Shown: positions 38,019 to 47,551 of the stretch, one piece after another
Layout: every line of letters starts with the position of its first letter
Numbering within the stretch: the first letter of the stretch is position 1
Origin: Clostridia bacterium
GTDB lineage: Bacteria; Bacillota; Clostridia; Oscillospirales; SIG627
Assembly (NCBI GenBank): GCA_017520825.1
Contig: JAFXEX010000005.1
Coordinates: forward strand, 15,431 to 79,430
Reading direction: 5' to 3'
DNA length: 64,000 bases
Made by a program: the position numbers and the translations under genes
Notes under the pieces: generated by a model
The model's input: only the letters and a program-made list of their open reading frames with translations
Databases searched by the model: none
Told to the model about the DNA's origin: nothing

Positions 38019-38597
38019 TTATTCTACGCTTACTGCAGTAAGCTCTTCGTAATAGTTTATTTTGGCAAGCTGATTATAGGAGCTTACCCATAAAGTACCT
38101 ACACCGAAAGCTAAGCTTCCCACGATGTACCAGCCGATAAAGGAAAGGTCAAGTATGAAAAGCTCCATTTTGTGACCGTTGGTAAGTCTTTCACTTTCGC
38201 TGAGGCATTTTCTCCAATCCCAATCGGGATGCTCACTCTTAAGATAAAAAGCCATGGAATATGCATACGCTTTTACAATTCCGGGTATTACAAAAAGCAA
38301 TGACCAAAGTGCGATGAATATCGTGTGAAGAATTCCAAGAAGAAGAGTGCCTCCGATATCATTTGAAAATACTCCGAAAATGCTTTCGATTTTTGCACTA
38401 CCCTCGCGAGCCAACGTCTTAAAAAATGCTGCTAAAGCCACCGAAACTATTCCCACGAGAAGTAATGAAACCGCACTTGAAATTCCAAGAATGGCAGTAG
38501 TTATAAGCACCACTATAACACTTATCAGCCAGGTGTTTGAAAATATCTGATTTCCAAGCTGGGCTTTTGCTTTCGCTTTAAGCTCTATTCTGTTCAT
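38019..38597 (-). CDS. DUF975 family membrane protein
   Basis: MNRIELKAKAK, LWSLLFVIPGIVKAYAYSM, GHKMELFILDLSFIGW. Confidence 0.9.
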   Translation of the reverse strand: MNRIELKAKAKAQLGNQIFSNTWLISVIVVLITTAILGISSAVSLLLVGIVSVALAAFFKTLAREGSAKIESIFGVFSNDIGGTLLLGILHTIFIALWSLLFVIPGIVKAYAYSMAFYLKSEHPDWDWRKCLSESERLTNGHKMELFILDLSFIGWYIVGSLAFGVGTLWVSSYNQLAKINYYEELTAVSVE

Positions 38598-38619
38598 ATT
38601 ATGCTCCTTTTAATAAAAT

Positions 38620-40419
38620 TTATCTCTTTTTAGTATTAATTTCTTCAACGATAAGCTTAACGAATTCCTCTGCAGTCATAGTTGTCATTTCCATAGAGCC
38701 ACGGCGACGTACCGATACCGTGCCCTCCTCGGTCTCCTTATCGCCTACAACAAGCATATAAGGAATTTTTGCAAGCTGGGCTTCTCTTATCTTATAGCCC
38801 GTCTTTTCGGCTCTCTTGTCACTTTCAGCCGTAACGCCTGCGCTGATGAGCATATCAACGAGCTTATCCGTGTATTCGTTGTTTCTGTCTGTAATGGGAA
38901 GCACTCTTACCTGTGTGGGTGACAACCAAGTAGGAAGTGCTCCTGCATATTTTTCAATGAGAAGAGCAAGAGTTCTTTCATAGCATCCCATAGAGGTACG
39001 GTGAATGATGTAAGGAGTCTTCATCGTATTATCAGAATCTACGTATTCCATACCGAACTTCTTTGCAAGAAGCATATCAATCTGAATGGTAACGATAGTA
39101 TCTTCCTTACCGAATACGTTCTTACACTGAATGTCAAGCTTAGGTCCGTAGAACGCAGCTTCGTCAACACCTATAACGTAATTCTCACGTCCGAGAAGCT
39201 TATCAAGAAGCTCTCCCATTATGCTCTGCGCCTCATCCCACTGCTCAGCAGTACCCTCGTACTTATCCGTACGGTTGGGATCCCACTGCGAAAATCTGAA
39301 CGTACAGTCCTCCCAAAGTCCCAAAGTGGTCAGACAGTATTTTGCAAGTGAAAGGCACTGTTCAAATTCCTCTGCAAGCTGTTCAGGACGAAGTACGATG
39401 TGTCCTTCCGAAATAGTGAACTGACGAACTCTTATAAGACCGTGCATTTCACCCGAATCCTCGTTACGGAAAAGGGTTGAGGTTTCACCAAGTCTCATAG
39501 GAAGGTCTCTGTAGGAGCGCTTTCTGTTAAGGAACACCTGGTATTGGAAGGGGCAGGTCATCGGACGGAGTGCAAAGCATTCCTTGGTTTCGTCAGCAGG
39601 ATCACCCATTACGAACATACCGTCGAGATAATGGTCCCAATGTCCCGATATTTTATAAAGCTCGCGCTTTGCCATAAGAGGAGTTTTTGTGAGAAGATAG
39701 CCTCTCTTCTCTTCCTCGTCCTCTATCCAACGCTGAAGCTTCTGAATAACTCTTGCGCCCTTGGGAAGAAGTATGGGAAGTCCCTGTCCGATACAGTCAA
39801 CGGTTGTAAAGTATTCAAGCTCACGTCCCAGCTTATTGTGGTCACGCTTTCTTGCCTCTTCAAGCTGAGTAAGATGCGCTTCAAGCTCGGGCTTGGAAGC
39901 AAATGCCGTACCGTAGATACGGGTGAGCATTTTATTCTTTTCGTTTCCTCTCCAATACGCACCTGTGGCCGACATCAGCTTAAACGCCTTAACGGCAGAG
40001 GTATACGTCACGTGAGGGCCTGCGCAAAGGTCAACGTAGTCGCCCTGCTTGAAGAAGGAAAGCTCGGCATCCTCGGGAAGATCGTTTATAAGCTCAATCT
40101 TATAAGGTTCCTCTGCCATAAGCTTCAAGGCTTCGTCACGGGGAAGTGTAAAGCGTTCAAGCTTCAGATTTTCCTTTGTTATTTTTTTCATTTCGGCTTC
40201 AAGCTTTTGCAAATCCTCTTCGTTGAATCCACCCTCGATGTCGAAGTCGTAATAAAATCCGTCCTTTATAGAAGGTCCGATAGCAAGCTTAGCCTGAGGG
40301 TAAAGTCTTTTTACTGCTTGTGCCAAAACGTGTGAGGCTGTATGACGAAGAGCATCACGACCAATCTGGTCTTCAAAGGTATACTCTTCAATAGCGCCGT
40401 TTTGCATAATTACTTTCAT
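38620..40419 (-). CDS. thrS: Threonine--tRNA ligase
   Basis: HTASH, DLCAGPH, RDHNKLG, RPMTCP, RVRQF, AFYGPKLD, IHR and anticodon-binding domain. Confidence 0.97.
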   Translation of the reverse strand: MKVIMQNGAIEEYTFEDQIGRDALRHTASHVLAQAVKRLYPQAKLAIGPSIKDGFYYDFDIEGGFNEEDLQKLEAEMKKITKENLKLERFTLPRDEALKLMAEEPYKIELINDLPEDAELSFFKQGDYVDLCAGPHVTYTSAVKAFKLMSATGAYWRGNEKNKMLTRIYGTAFASKPELEAHLTQLEEARKRDHNKLGRELEYFTTVDCIGQGLPILLPKGARVIQKLQRWIEDEEEKRGYLLTKTPLMAKRELYKISGHWDHYLDGMFVMGDPADETKECFALRPMTCPFQYQVFLNRKRSYRDLPMRLGETSTLFRNEDSGEMHGLIRVRQFTISEGHIVLRPEQLAEEFEQCLSLAKYCLTTLGLWEDCTFRFSQWDPNRTDKYEGTAEQWDEAQSIMGELLDKLLGRENYVIGVDEAAFYGPKLDIQCKNVFGKEDTIVTIQIDMLLAKKFGMEYVDSDNTMKTPYIIHRTSMGCYERTLALLIEKYAGALPTWLSPTQVRVLPITDRNNEYTDKLVDMLISAGVTAESDKRAEKTGYKIREAQLAKIPYMLVVGDKETEEGTVSVRRRGSMEMTTMTAEEFVKLIVEEINTKKR

Positions 40420-40445
40420 AATTTATATCTCCTTTTAAAAAATTC

Positions 40446-40659
40446 AAAAAAATAAACCCTTGCCCGTTTGGGCAAGGGTGCTTGTAACACGGTTCCACCT
40501 TGTGTTTAACTCTTTTCCGCTTAACGCACGGTGACGGCATACTCATCGCACACAGCTCTTGGAGTGGTCTTCCCTCCGATAGTTACACGGGGGACTTTCA
40601 GCATTTGTCCCTCTCTCTGTGGTGCTTTCACGGAAGTACTCTTTCCAGTCAATGCTTTT
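40446..40659 (-). ncRNA. T-box riboswitch (Thr specifier ACC) in the thrS leader
   Basis: Minus strand shows AGTA and GCTGA motifs, GAAG-ACC-ACTCC specifier (40566-40568), T-box AAGGTGGAACCGTG, and terminator ACCCTTGCCC-aaac-GGGCAAGGGT with a U tract. Confidence 0.93.
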
Positions 40660-40664
40660 AAGTA

Positions 40665-40693
40665 ATTATAATACCAAACCACAGTTTTGTCAA
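40665..40693 (-). promoter_or_regulatory. SigmaA promoter of thrS
   Basis: Perfect TTGACA-17-TATAAT on the minus strand. Confidence 0.85.
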
Positions 40694-40719
40694 GAAGTAA
40701 TTTTGTTGTATATAACGTA

Positions 40720-40766
40720 TTGACAAATTGTTTACAGTATTGTATAATTGTATACAATCATACAAT
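40720..40766 (+). promoter_or_regulatory. SigmaA promoter plus GntR-like operator of the citrate operon
   Basis: TTGACA(40720)-17-TATAAT(40743); palindrome ATTGTATACAAT at 40747-40758 with flanking half-sites. Confidence 0.75.
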
Positions 40767-40787
40767 TAGTTAGAGGAAGTGATACGA

Positions 40788-42152
40788 ATGATTAAAATTT
40801 CACCTAAAACAAACCTGCTTGAACAGAGTATATACCGATATTCCCTGCAGGACGTATCGGAGCCAAATCTTTACCGTGAAATATACACCTACAAAGACGT
40901 TCCCATGATTGCCTTCAACCACAGAAGAGTGCCTATGGGTATGCCCCAAGAGGTGTGGATAACAGATACCACCTTCAGAGACGGAATGCAGTCACAGGCA
41001 CCCTACAAGCCCGAGCAAATAGTTGAACTTTACAAGCTTTTGTCAAGACTTGGCGGACCTAAGGGTATTATTCGTCAGACAGAATTTTTCGTATACAGTG
41101 AAAACGACAGAAAAGCTCTTGAAGCGTGTCAAAATCTGGGACTTCAATTCCCCGAAATCACTACCTGGATAAGAGCAAGTCTCAATGACTTCAAGCTTAT
41201 TCGAGATATGGGTATCAAGGAAACGGGCGTTCTTGTTTCCTGCTCAGACTACCATATTTTCAAGAAGCTTGGTATGACAAGAGGTCAGGCGTTAGAGCAT
41301 TACAAAAAAACCATCAGCGCTGCCCTTGAGCTTGGAATCCGTCCAAGATGTCACTTCGAGGATATAACGAGAGCCGACTTCTACGGATTTGTTCTTCCTT
41401 TTGTAAACGAGCTGCAAAAAATGTCAGGTGAGTCGGGTATTCCCATTAAAATCCGTGCCTGCGACACTATGGGCTACGGTGTTCCCTTCTCCGAGGTTGC
41501 TCTTCCCCGAAGCGTACCCGGTATTATTTACGGATTGCAGCACTATGCCGACGTGCCCAGTGAAATGATAGAATGGCACGGACACAACGACTTCTACAAG
41601 GGTGTTGCCAACGCCTCCTGCGCTTGGCTTTACGGCGCTTGCGGTGTAAACTGCTCGCTGCTTGGTATAGGCGAGAGAACGGGCAACGTTCCCCTTGAGG
41701 CAATGGTTATGGAATATGCTTCCCTGAGAGGAACCTTTGACGGAATGGATCCTACTGCAATTACCGATATTGCAGAATTCTTCAAGAATGAAATTGGCTA
41801 CAATATTGATCCTATGACCCCCTTCGTAGGTGAGAATTTCAACTGCACAAGAGCAGGAATTCACGCCGACGGTCTTATTAAGGACGAGGAAATATACAAC
41901 ATTTTTGATACGGCAACAATTCTCAACAAGCCTGCGCAGGTAACTGTCAGCAGTACATCTGGTCTTGCAGGAATTGCTTATTGGATTAACGCGCACTACA
42001 ACCTTAAGGGTGAAGATGCCGTTACCAAGAAAGATGACATCGTTATCTGGATAAAGACCAAGGTAGATGCCGAATACGATGAAGGCAGACAGACTGCTAT
42101 GAGTACAGAGGAATTGGAAAGCCTTGTAATGCAGTACAGAAAGGAAAACTAA
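40788..42152 (+). CDS. Re-citrate synthase (isopropylmalate/homocitrate synthase family)
   Basis: ITDTTFRDG, EWHGHND, GIGERTGN, AGIHADG; no LeuA regulatory domain; directly upstream of aconitase and IDH. Confidence 0.82.
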   Translation: MIKISPKTNLLEQSIYRYSLQDVSEPNLYREIYTYKDVPMIAFNHRRVPMGMPQEVWITDTTFRDGMQSQAPYKPEQIVELYKLLSRLGGPKGIIRQTEFFVYSENDRKALEACQNLGLQFPEITTWIRASLNDFKLIRDMGIKETGVLVSCSDYHIFKKLGMTRGQALEHYKKTISAALELGIRPRCHFEDITRADFYGFVLPFVNELQKMSGESGIPIKIRACDTMGYGVPFSEVALPRSVPGIIYGLQHYADVPSEMIEWHGHNDFYKGVANASCAWLYGACGVNCSLLGIGERTGNVPLEAMVMEYASLRGTFDGMDPTAITDIAEFFKNEIGYNIDPMTPFVGENFNCTRAGIHADGLIKDEEIYNIFDTATILNKPAQVTVSSTSGLAGIAYWINAHYNLKGEDAVTKKDDIVIWIKTKVDAEYDEGRQTAMSTEELESLVMQYRKEN

Positions 42153-42153
42153 A

Positions 42154-44079
42154 ATGGGACTTACTATTGCACAAAAAATAATTAAAGCTCATCTTGTTGA
42201 GGGAGATATGACTCCCGGCTCTGAGATTGCGCTTAAAATAGACCAGACTCTTACCCAGGATGCAACCGGTACGATGGCGTACCTTGAATTTGAATCAATC
42301 GGTATAAAAAGAGTAAGAACCGAGCTTTCGGTTGCTTATATTGACCACAACACTCTCCAATCGGGATTTGAAAACGCTGACGACCACAGATATATTCAGT
42401 CTGTTGCCAAAAAGTACGGAATCCGTTTTTCACGTCCCGGCAACGGAATCTGCCATCAGGTACATCTGGAGCGCTTCGGCAAGCCCGGTAAAACACTTAT
42501 CGGCTCTGACAGTCATACTCCAACTGGTGGTGGTATCGGTATGCTTGCAATGGGTGCAGGTGGTATGGACGTTGCAGTTGCCATGGGTGGCGGCGCTTAC
42601 TATATCACAATGCCCAAAATGATAAAGGTAAACCTTACGGGCAAGCTCAGACCCTGGGTAAGTGCAAAGGACGTCAGTCTTGAAATACTTCGCATACTCT
42701 CTGTAAAGGGTGGCGTTGGCTACATAATCGAATGGGGTGGCGAGGGTGTTTCAACACTCACAGTACCTCAGCGTGCCACTATTACCAATATGGGAACAGA
42801 GCTTGGCGCTACCACCTCTATATTCCCTTCTGACGAGGTAACCGAGGCGTTCCTTGAAAGTCAGGGCAGAGTCGAGGACTATATACCTCTTGCTTCCGAC
42901 CCCGACGCCGTTTACGACAGAATAATTGATATCAATCTGTCAGAGCTTAAGCCCCTGCTTGCCTGCCCTCACTCCCCCGACAACATCAAGTCTGCCGAGG
43001 AATTGTCCGACACCAAGGTAGATCAGGTATGTATCGGCTCCTGCACAAACTCCTCTCTTGCAGATATGCTGAAGGTTGCGGCAATTCTCAAGGGAAAAAC
43101 CATTGACCCAAGTGTAAGCCTTTCGGTTTCTCCCGGCTCAAAGCAGGTACTTACAATGCTTGCTGACTGTGGTGCCCTCAGTGACATTATCGCATCGGGC
43201 GCAAGAGTTCTTGAATGTGCTTGCGGTCCTTGCATCGGTATGGGATTTTCTCCCAATTCAGCAGGCGTATCTTTGAGAACCTTTAACCGTAATTTTGAAG
43301 GCAGAAGCGGTACACGTGACGGTCAGGTTTATCTTGTTTCTCCCGAGGTTGCAGCAGCATCGGCGCTTACAGGCTACATAACCGACCCAAGAACGTTGGG
43401 CGAATGTCCCGAAATAGTAATGCCCGATAAATTTAAAATCAACGATTCGGCAGTAATTCTACCAGCAAGCGTTGAGGAGGCAGACGACGTTGAGGTGCTT
43501 CGTGGTCCTAACATCAAGCCCTTCCCCGAGGCTTCTCCTCTTGAGGACAATCTGACGGCTCCCCTCACCTTAAAGGTTGGGGACAACATCACGACAGACC
43601 ACATTATGCCTGCAGGCGCAAAAATTCTTCCCTACCGTTCAAACATTCCTTATCTTTCAAAGTTCTGCTTTGGCGTTTGCGACGAAACCTTCCCCGAAAG
43701 AGCCCTTGCATCAGGCAAGTCAATCATCGTGGGTGGTTCAAACTACGGACAGGGCTCCTCACGTGAGCACGCAGCACTTGTGCCTCTCTACCTCGGCGTA
43801 AAGGCAGTTGTGGCAAAAAGCTTTGCAAGAATTCACGCTGCAAACCTTATAAACGCAGGCATTCTGCCTCTTACCTTTAAGAATGCCGAAGATTACGACA
43901 AGCTAAATCAGGGTGACAGTCTTGAAATCGACGGTCTTTTTGAGGCGCTCAAGACGGGTAGTGCTACTCTTAAAAATACAACTACCGGTGAAAGCTTTGA
44001 GCTTTCCTGCGAGTTTTCCGAGCGTCAGCAAAAGATGCTTCTTGCAGGTGGACTTCTGAAATATACGAAAGGTGAATAA
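42154..44079 (+). CDS. acn: Aconitate hydratase (short type)
   Basis: [53 protein letters not shown]. Confidence 0.95.
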   Translation: MGLTIAQKIIKAHLVEGDMTPGSEIALKIDQTLTQDATGTMAYLEFESIGIKRVRTELSVAYIDHNTLQSGFENADDHRYIQSVAKKYGIRFSRPGNGICHQVHLERFGKPGKTLIGSDSHTPTGGGIGMLAMGAGGMDVAVAMGGGAYYITMPKMIKVNLTGKLRPWVSAKDVSLEILRILSVKGGVGYIIEWGGEGVSTLTVPQRATITNMGTELGATTSIFPSDEVTEAFLESQGRVEDYIPLASDPDAVYDRIIDINLSELKPLLACPHSPDNIKSAEELSDTKVDQVCIGSCTNSSLADMLKVAAILKGKTIDPSVSLSVSPGSKQVLTMLADCGALSDIIASGARVLECACGPCIGMGFSPNSAGVSLRTFNRNFEGRSGTRDGQVYLVSPEVAAASALTGYITDPRTLGECPEIVMPDKFKINDSAVILPASVEEADDVEVLRGPNIKPFPEASPLEDNLTAPLTLKVGDNITTDHIMPAGAKILPYRSNIPYLSKFCFGVCDETFPERALASGKSIIVGGSNYGQGSSREHAALVPLYLGVKAVVAKSFARIHAANLINAGILPLTFKNAEDYDKLNQGDSLEIDGLFEALKTGSATLKNTTTGESFELSCEFSERQQKMLLAGGLLKYTKGE

Positions 44080-44081
44080 GT

Positions 44082-45296
44082 ATGGAAAAAATAAAAATGC
44101 TAACACCCCTCGTTGAGATGGATGGCGACGAAATGACCCGAATACTCTGGAAGATGATAAAGGACGAGCTTCTTCTCCCCTTCGTTGACCTTAAAACAGA
44201 GTATTACGACCTTGGCTTGCCCGAGCGTGAAAAGACTAAGGACAAGGTAACCTTTGACTCGGCTTATGCTACACAAAAGTACGGCGTTGCTGTAAAGTGC
44301 GCTACCATTACCCCTAACAAGCAGAGAGTTGAAGAATACAATCTTACGGAAATGTGGAAGAGCCCCAACGGAACAATCCGTGCTATACTTGACGGTACCG
44401 TTTTCCGTGCTCCCATTATTATTGATTCAATAAAGCCCGTTGTAAAGAATTGGAAAAAGCCTATAACTATCGCACGTCACGCTTACGGCGACGTATATAA
44501 GGCATCTGAAATGAGAATTGAGGGTGAGGGCAAGGCTGAGCTTGTATTTACCGATAAGAACGGAAATGAGACGAGAGAGGTAATCTACGACTTTGAATGT
44601 CCCGGCGTTCTTCAGGGTCAGTACAACAAGGATAGCTCTATCGAATCCTTTGCACATTCCTGCTTCAAATATGCTATAGACACAAAGCAGGATCTCTGGT
44701 TCTCAACCAAGGATACTATTTCAAAGAAATACGACCAGACCTTCAAGCTTCTTTTCCAGGATATTTTTGAAAAGAACTACAAGGCTAAATTTGATGAGCT
44801 TGGAATTGAATACTTCTACACGCTTATTGACGACGCAGTTGCACGCGTTATCAGAAGTGAGGGTGGTTACATCTGGGCTTGTAAGAACTATGACGGCGAC
44901 GTAATGAGCGATATGGTTTCTACAGCATTCGGCTCACTTGCTATGATGACCTCGGTGCTTGTATCTCCCGACGGAAAATATGAGTACGAGGCAGCTCACG
45001 GAACTGTTACCCGTCACTATTACAAATATCTCAAGGGTGAGGAAACCTCCACAAACCCCATGGCTACAATCTATGCGTGGTCGGGCGCTCTCCGTAAGAG
45101 AGGCGAGCTTGACGGACTGGGTGACCTTGTGGATTTTGCAAACAAGCTTGAAGAGGCTTGTATCAAGACTCTTGACGACGGCATTATGACAAAGGACCTT
45201 GTGGGACTTGTCAGCGAAGGCTTTAAGGCTACAGCCGTTAATTCGGCCGATTTCATAAAGGCTATTCGCGAGAGACTTGAAGCGTCATTGGCTTAA
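44082..45296 (+). CDS. icd: NADP-dependent isocitrate dehydrogenase (type II)
   Basis: [44 protein letters not shown]. Confidence 0.97.
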   Translation: MEKIKMLTPLVEMDGDEMTRILWKMIKDELLLPFVDLKTEYYDLGLPEREKTKDKVTFDSAYATQKYGVAVKCATITPNKQRVEEYNLTEMWKSPNGTIRAILDGTVFRAPIIIDSIKPVVKNWKKPITIARHAYGDVYKASEMRIEGEGKAELVFTDKNGNETREVIYDFECPGVLQGQYNKDSSIESFAHSCFKYAIDTKQDLWFSTKDTISKKYDQTFKLLFQDIFEKNYKAKFDELGIEYFYTLIDDAVARVIRSEGGYIWACKNYDGDVMSDMVSTAFGSLAMMTSVLVSPDGKYEYEAAHGTVTRHYYKYLKGEETSTNPMATIYAWSGALRKRGELDGLGDLVDFANKLEEACIKTLDDGIMTKDLVGLVSEGFKATAVNSADFIKAIRERLEASLA

Positions 45297-45304
45297 GGCT
45301 TATT

Positions 45305-45333
45305 AAAAGAGGATACGTTCAGTGTCCTCTTTT
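45305..45333 (+). terminator. Terminator after icd
   Basis: AAAAGAGGATAC-gttca-GTGTCCTCTTTT. Confidence 0.75.
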
Positions 45334-45350
45334 CGTTTTAAAAGCTTTTA

Positions 45351-45379
45351 TTGATATTTATAACGTTCTGTGATATACT
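45351..45379 (+). promoter_or_regulatory. SigmaA promoter of the ccdA operon
   Basis: TTGATA-17-TATACT with TG extension. Confidence 0.6.
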
Positions 45380-45408
45380 AAAAACAAGAATATATAAAGA
45401 GGAATAAT

Positions 45409-46068
45409 ATGCAATATTTCATAACCTTCCTTGAAGGAATAATTACCTTTATATCGCCCTGCCTTTTGCCTATGCTCCCCATATACGTTTCATATTTTTC
45501 GGCAGGTGGTGAAAAGTCTTCGAAAAAGACTCTCCTGAATTCCGTTGGCTTTGTGCTTGGATTTACGGTGCTATTTGTGTCTATGGGAGCTTTGGCAGGA
45601 ACACTGGGAAGCTTTCTGACAAGGTATCAGAGAATATTGAATATCGTCTGTGGACTTGTAGTAATATTCTTCGGATTGAATTTTTTAGGAATATTTAATA
45701 TCAATTTTGCCGGTAAAGGAAATAGCGCTAACACAGAAAATCTGGGCTTCTTTTCTTCATTTGTATTTGGGCTTGTGTTTTCGGTGAGCTGGACACCCTG
45801 CGTCAGTGCTTTTCTTGGTTCTGCTTTAATGCTGGCATCTCAAAGAGGGCATACGTTAGAGGGTATATATCTGCTTTTGTTATACTCCTTGGGGCTTGGA
45901 ATTCCCTTCGTATTCAGTGCGTTGCTGATTGACAGACTAAAATCAGTATTTAATACAATCAAGCGTTATTACAAGGTTATAAATACCGTCTGTGGAGCAT
46001 TCCTCGTGGTTATAGGAATTCTTATGGCGACGGGCTTGCTGGGAAAATTCTTAGCACTATTGAGTTGA
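45409..46068 (+). CDS. ccdA: CcdA/DsbD-type membrane disulfide reductase
   Basis: FISPCLLPMLP and SWTPC cysteine motifs, 6 TM, YSLGLGIPF. Confidence 0.93.
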   Translation: MQYFITFLEGIITFISPCLLPMLPIYVSYFSAGGEKSSKKTLLNSVGFVLGFTVLFVSMGALAGTLGSFLTRYQRILNIVCGLVVIFFGLNFLGIFNINFAGKGNSANTENLGFFSSFVFGLVFSVSWTPCVSAFLGSALMLASQRGHTLEGIYLLLLYSLGLGIPFVFSALLIDRLKSVFNTIKRYYKVINTVCGAFLVVIGILMATGLLGKFLALLS

Positions 46069-46078
46069 GAGGAATAAT

Positions 46079-46678
46079 ATGAATAAAAAAGGTCTTATAA
46101 TAGGCTTCATCGTTTTTGTAGCTCTTATTGTGGGAGCGTCGGTTTTATATAATAATCTAAAAGATGACAATACTCCAAACACTCTTATTACCTACGAGGA
46201 AAAGGAAGGAGAATTGGAAAACGCAGAGGACTCTAATGATGACGTTGACAAATCTAAATTTATTGCCCCGGATTTTACAGTATACGATTCCGACGGAAAT
46301 GCAGTAAAGCTTTCCGACCTTAAAGGAAAGCCCGTTATACTCAACTTCTGGGCAAGCTGGTGCCCTCCATGTAAAAGTGAGATGCCTGACTTCAACGAAA
46401 AATACCTTGATTACAAGGATAATATACACTTTATGATGGTAAATCTTACCGATGGATATCAGGAAACGCAAAGCAGTGCAGAGGAGTTTTTAGCTTCTAC
46501 TGACTACGTATTTCCCGTTTACTTTGACACAGATCTTGATGCAGCCTACACCTACGGCATTTCGTCTGTTCCACAAACCTATTTTATTGACGCCGACGGT
46601 GTTCTCGTAACGGGTGCAACGGGTGCTTTAAGTGCTGAAATCCTGCAATTAGGAATAGATTATATATACTCGGAATAA
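46079..46678 (+). CDS. TlpA/ResA-like membrane-anchored thioredoxin
   Basis: N-terminal TM, APDFTV, NFWASWCPPC, cis-Pro VPQTYFID. Confidence 0.93.
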   Translation: MNKKGLIIGFIVFVALIVGASVLYNNLKDDNTPNTLITYEEKEGELENAEDSNDDVDKSKFIAPDFTVYDSDGNAVKLSDLKGKPVILNFWASWCPPCKSEMPDFNEKYLDYKDNIHFMMVNLTDGYQETQSSAEEFLASTDYVFPVYFDTDLDAAYTYGISSVPQTYFIDADGVLVTGATGALSAEILQLGIDYIYSE

Positions 46679-46700
46679 AGTATTATCTACAGAGGTAAAA

Positions 46701-47516
46701 ATGTCACGTAAACTGTTTTGTCAGATTTCTCCAACAACTTATAAAATATCGGTTTTAAAATGCAGAATTGTTCGGACTCTTCGCAATATATTTGGTGCGC
46801 AACGCTTTGCAAAAGCCAAACAACAAGAGCCTCTCCCCGTAGTAATATATAAACACAATTCTCTCATAAGGCGAAAATTAGGAAATACAGATCTGGAATT
46901 GCAGGAAAATAAAGCCGTCAATCTTGCGTTAAGCACTCCAAAGGTAAACGGTATTATCATTCGTCCAGGCGAAGTTTTTTCCTTTTGGAAGCTGGTTGGA
47001 AATCCAACAACTAAAAAAGGGTATAAAGAGGGGGTGGTACTCGTCAACTCACACACCGAAAGAGGTATAGGTGGTGGGTTGTGTCAGTTTACCAACCTCA
47101 TACACTGGATGATTTTACATACGCCTCTTAAAATCGTTGAGCATCATCACCACGATGGCTTTGACCTTTTTCCCGACTTCAACCGTCAAGTGCCCTTTGG
47201 AACAGGCACGTCAATATTCTACAATTACTTGGATTATCGGTTTGAAAATGATTCGGACATAACCTATCAGATAATTGTTTACGTTACCGATACTCACCTT
47301 TGTGGCGAGCTTAGAGCAGATAAAGCTCTGAGTGTAAAATATCACATAAGCGCAGAAAACGAGCACTTTGTTCGCCGTGACGATTGTATTTATCGCAAAG
47401 GCTCTGTCTATCGAAGCTGTATTGACAAGCACAGTGGAAACCTACTCTTCCGTGAATTGCTTAAAGATAATGATGCCAAGGTTATGTATGATACCTCTAA
47501 TCTAACCGTTGAATAA
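46701..47516 (+). CDS. VanW family protein
   Basis: IIRPGEVFSFW, KGYKEG, GGGLCQ, FYNYLDYRF. Confidence 0.88.
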   Translation: MSRKLFCQISPTTYKISVLKCRIVRTLRNIFGAQRFAKAKQQEPLPVVIYKHNSLIRRKLGNTDLELQENKAVNLALSTPKVNGIIIRPGEVFSFWKLVGNPTTKKGYKEGVVLVNSHTERGIGGGLCQFTNLIHWMILHTPLKIVEHHHHDGFDLFPDFNRQVPFGTGTSIFYNYLDYRFENDSDITYQIIVYVTDTHLCGELRADKALSVKYHISAENEHFVRRDDCIYRKGSVYRSCIDKHSGNLLFRELLKDNDAKVMYDTSNLTVE

Positions 47517-47549
47517 AAGGTCACCCGAAATACTTTCAGGTGACCTTTT
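47515..47549. terminator. Bidirectional terminator
   Basis: AAAAGGTCACCCGAAA-tac-TTTCAGGTGACCTTTT. Confidence 0.8.
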
Positions 47550-47551
47550 TA

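Noticed and set aside
39544-40335. 263-aa plus-strand ORF
   Set aside because: Antisense to thrS; a codon-bias shadow.
46701-47516. Vancomycin resistance locus
   Set aside because: VanW alone is not a resistance determinant; no vanH/A/B/X or vanRS genes nearby.
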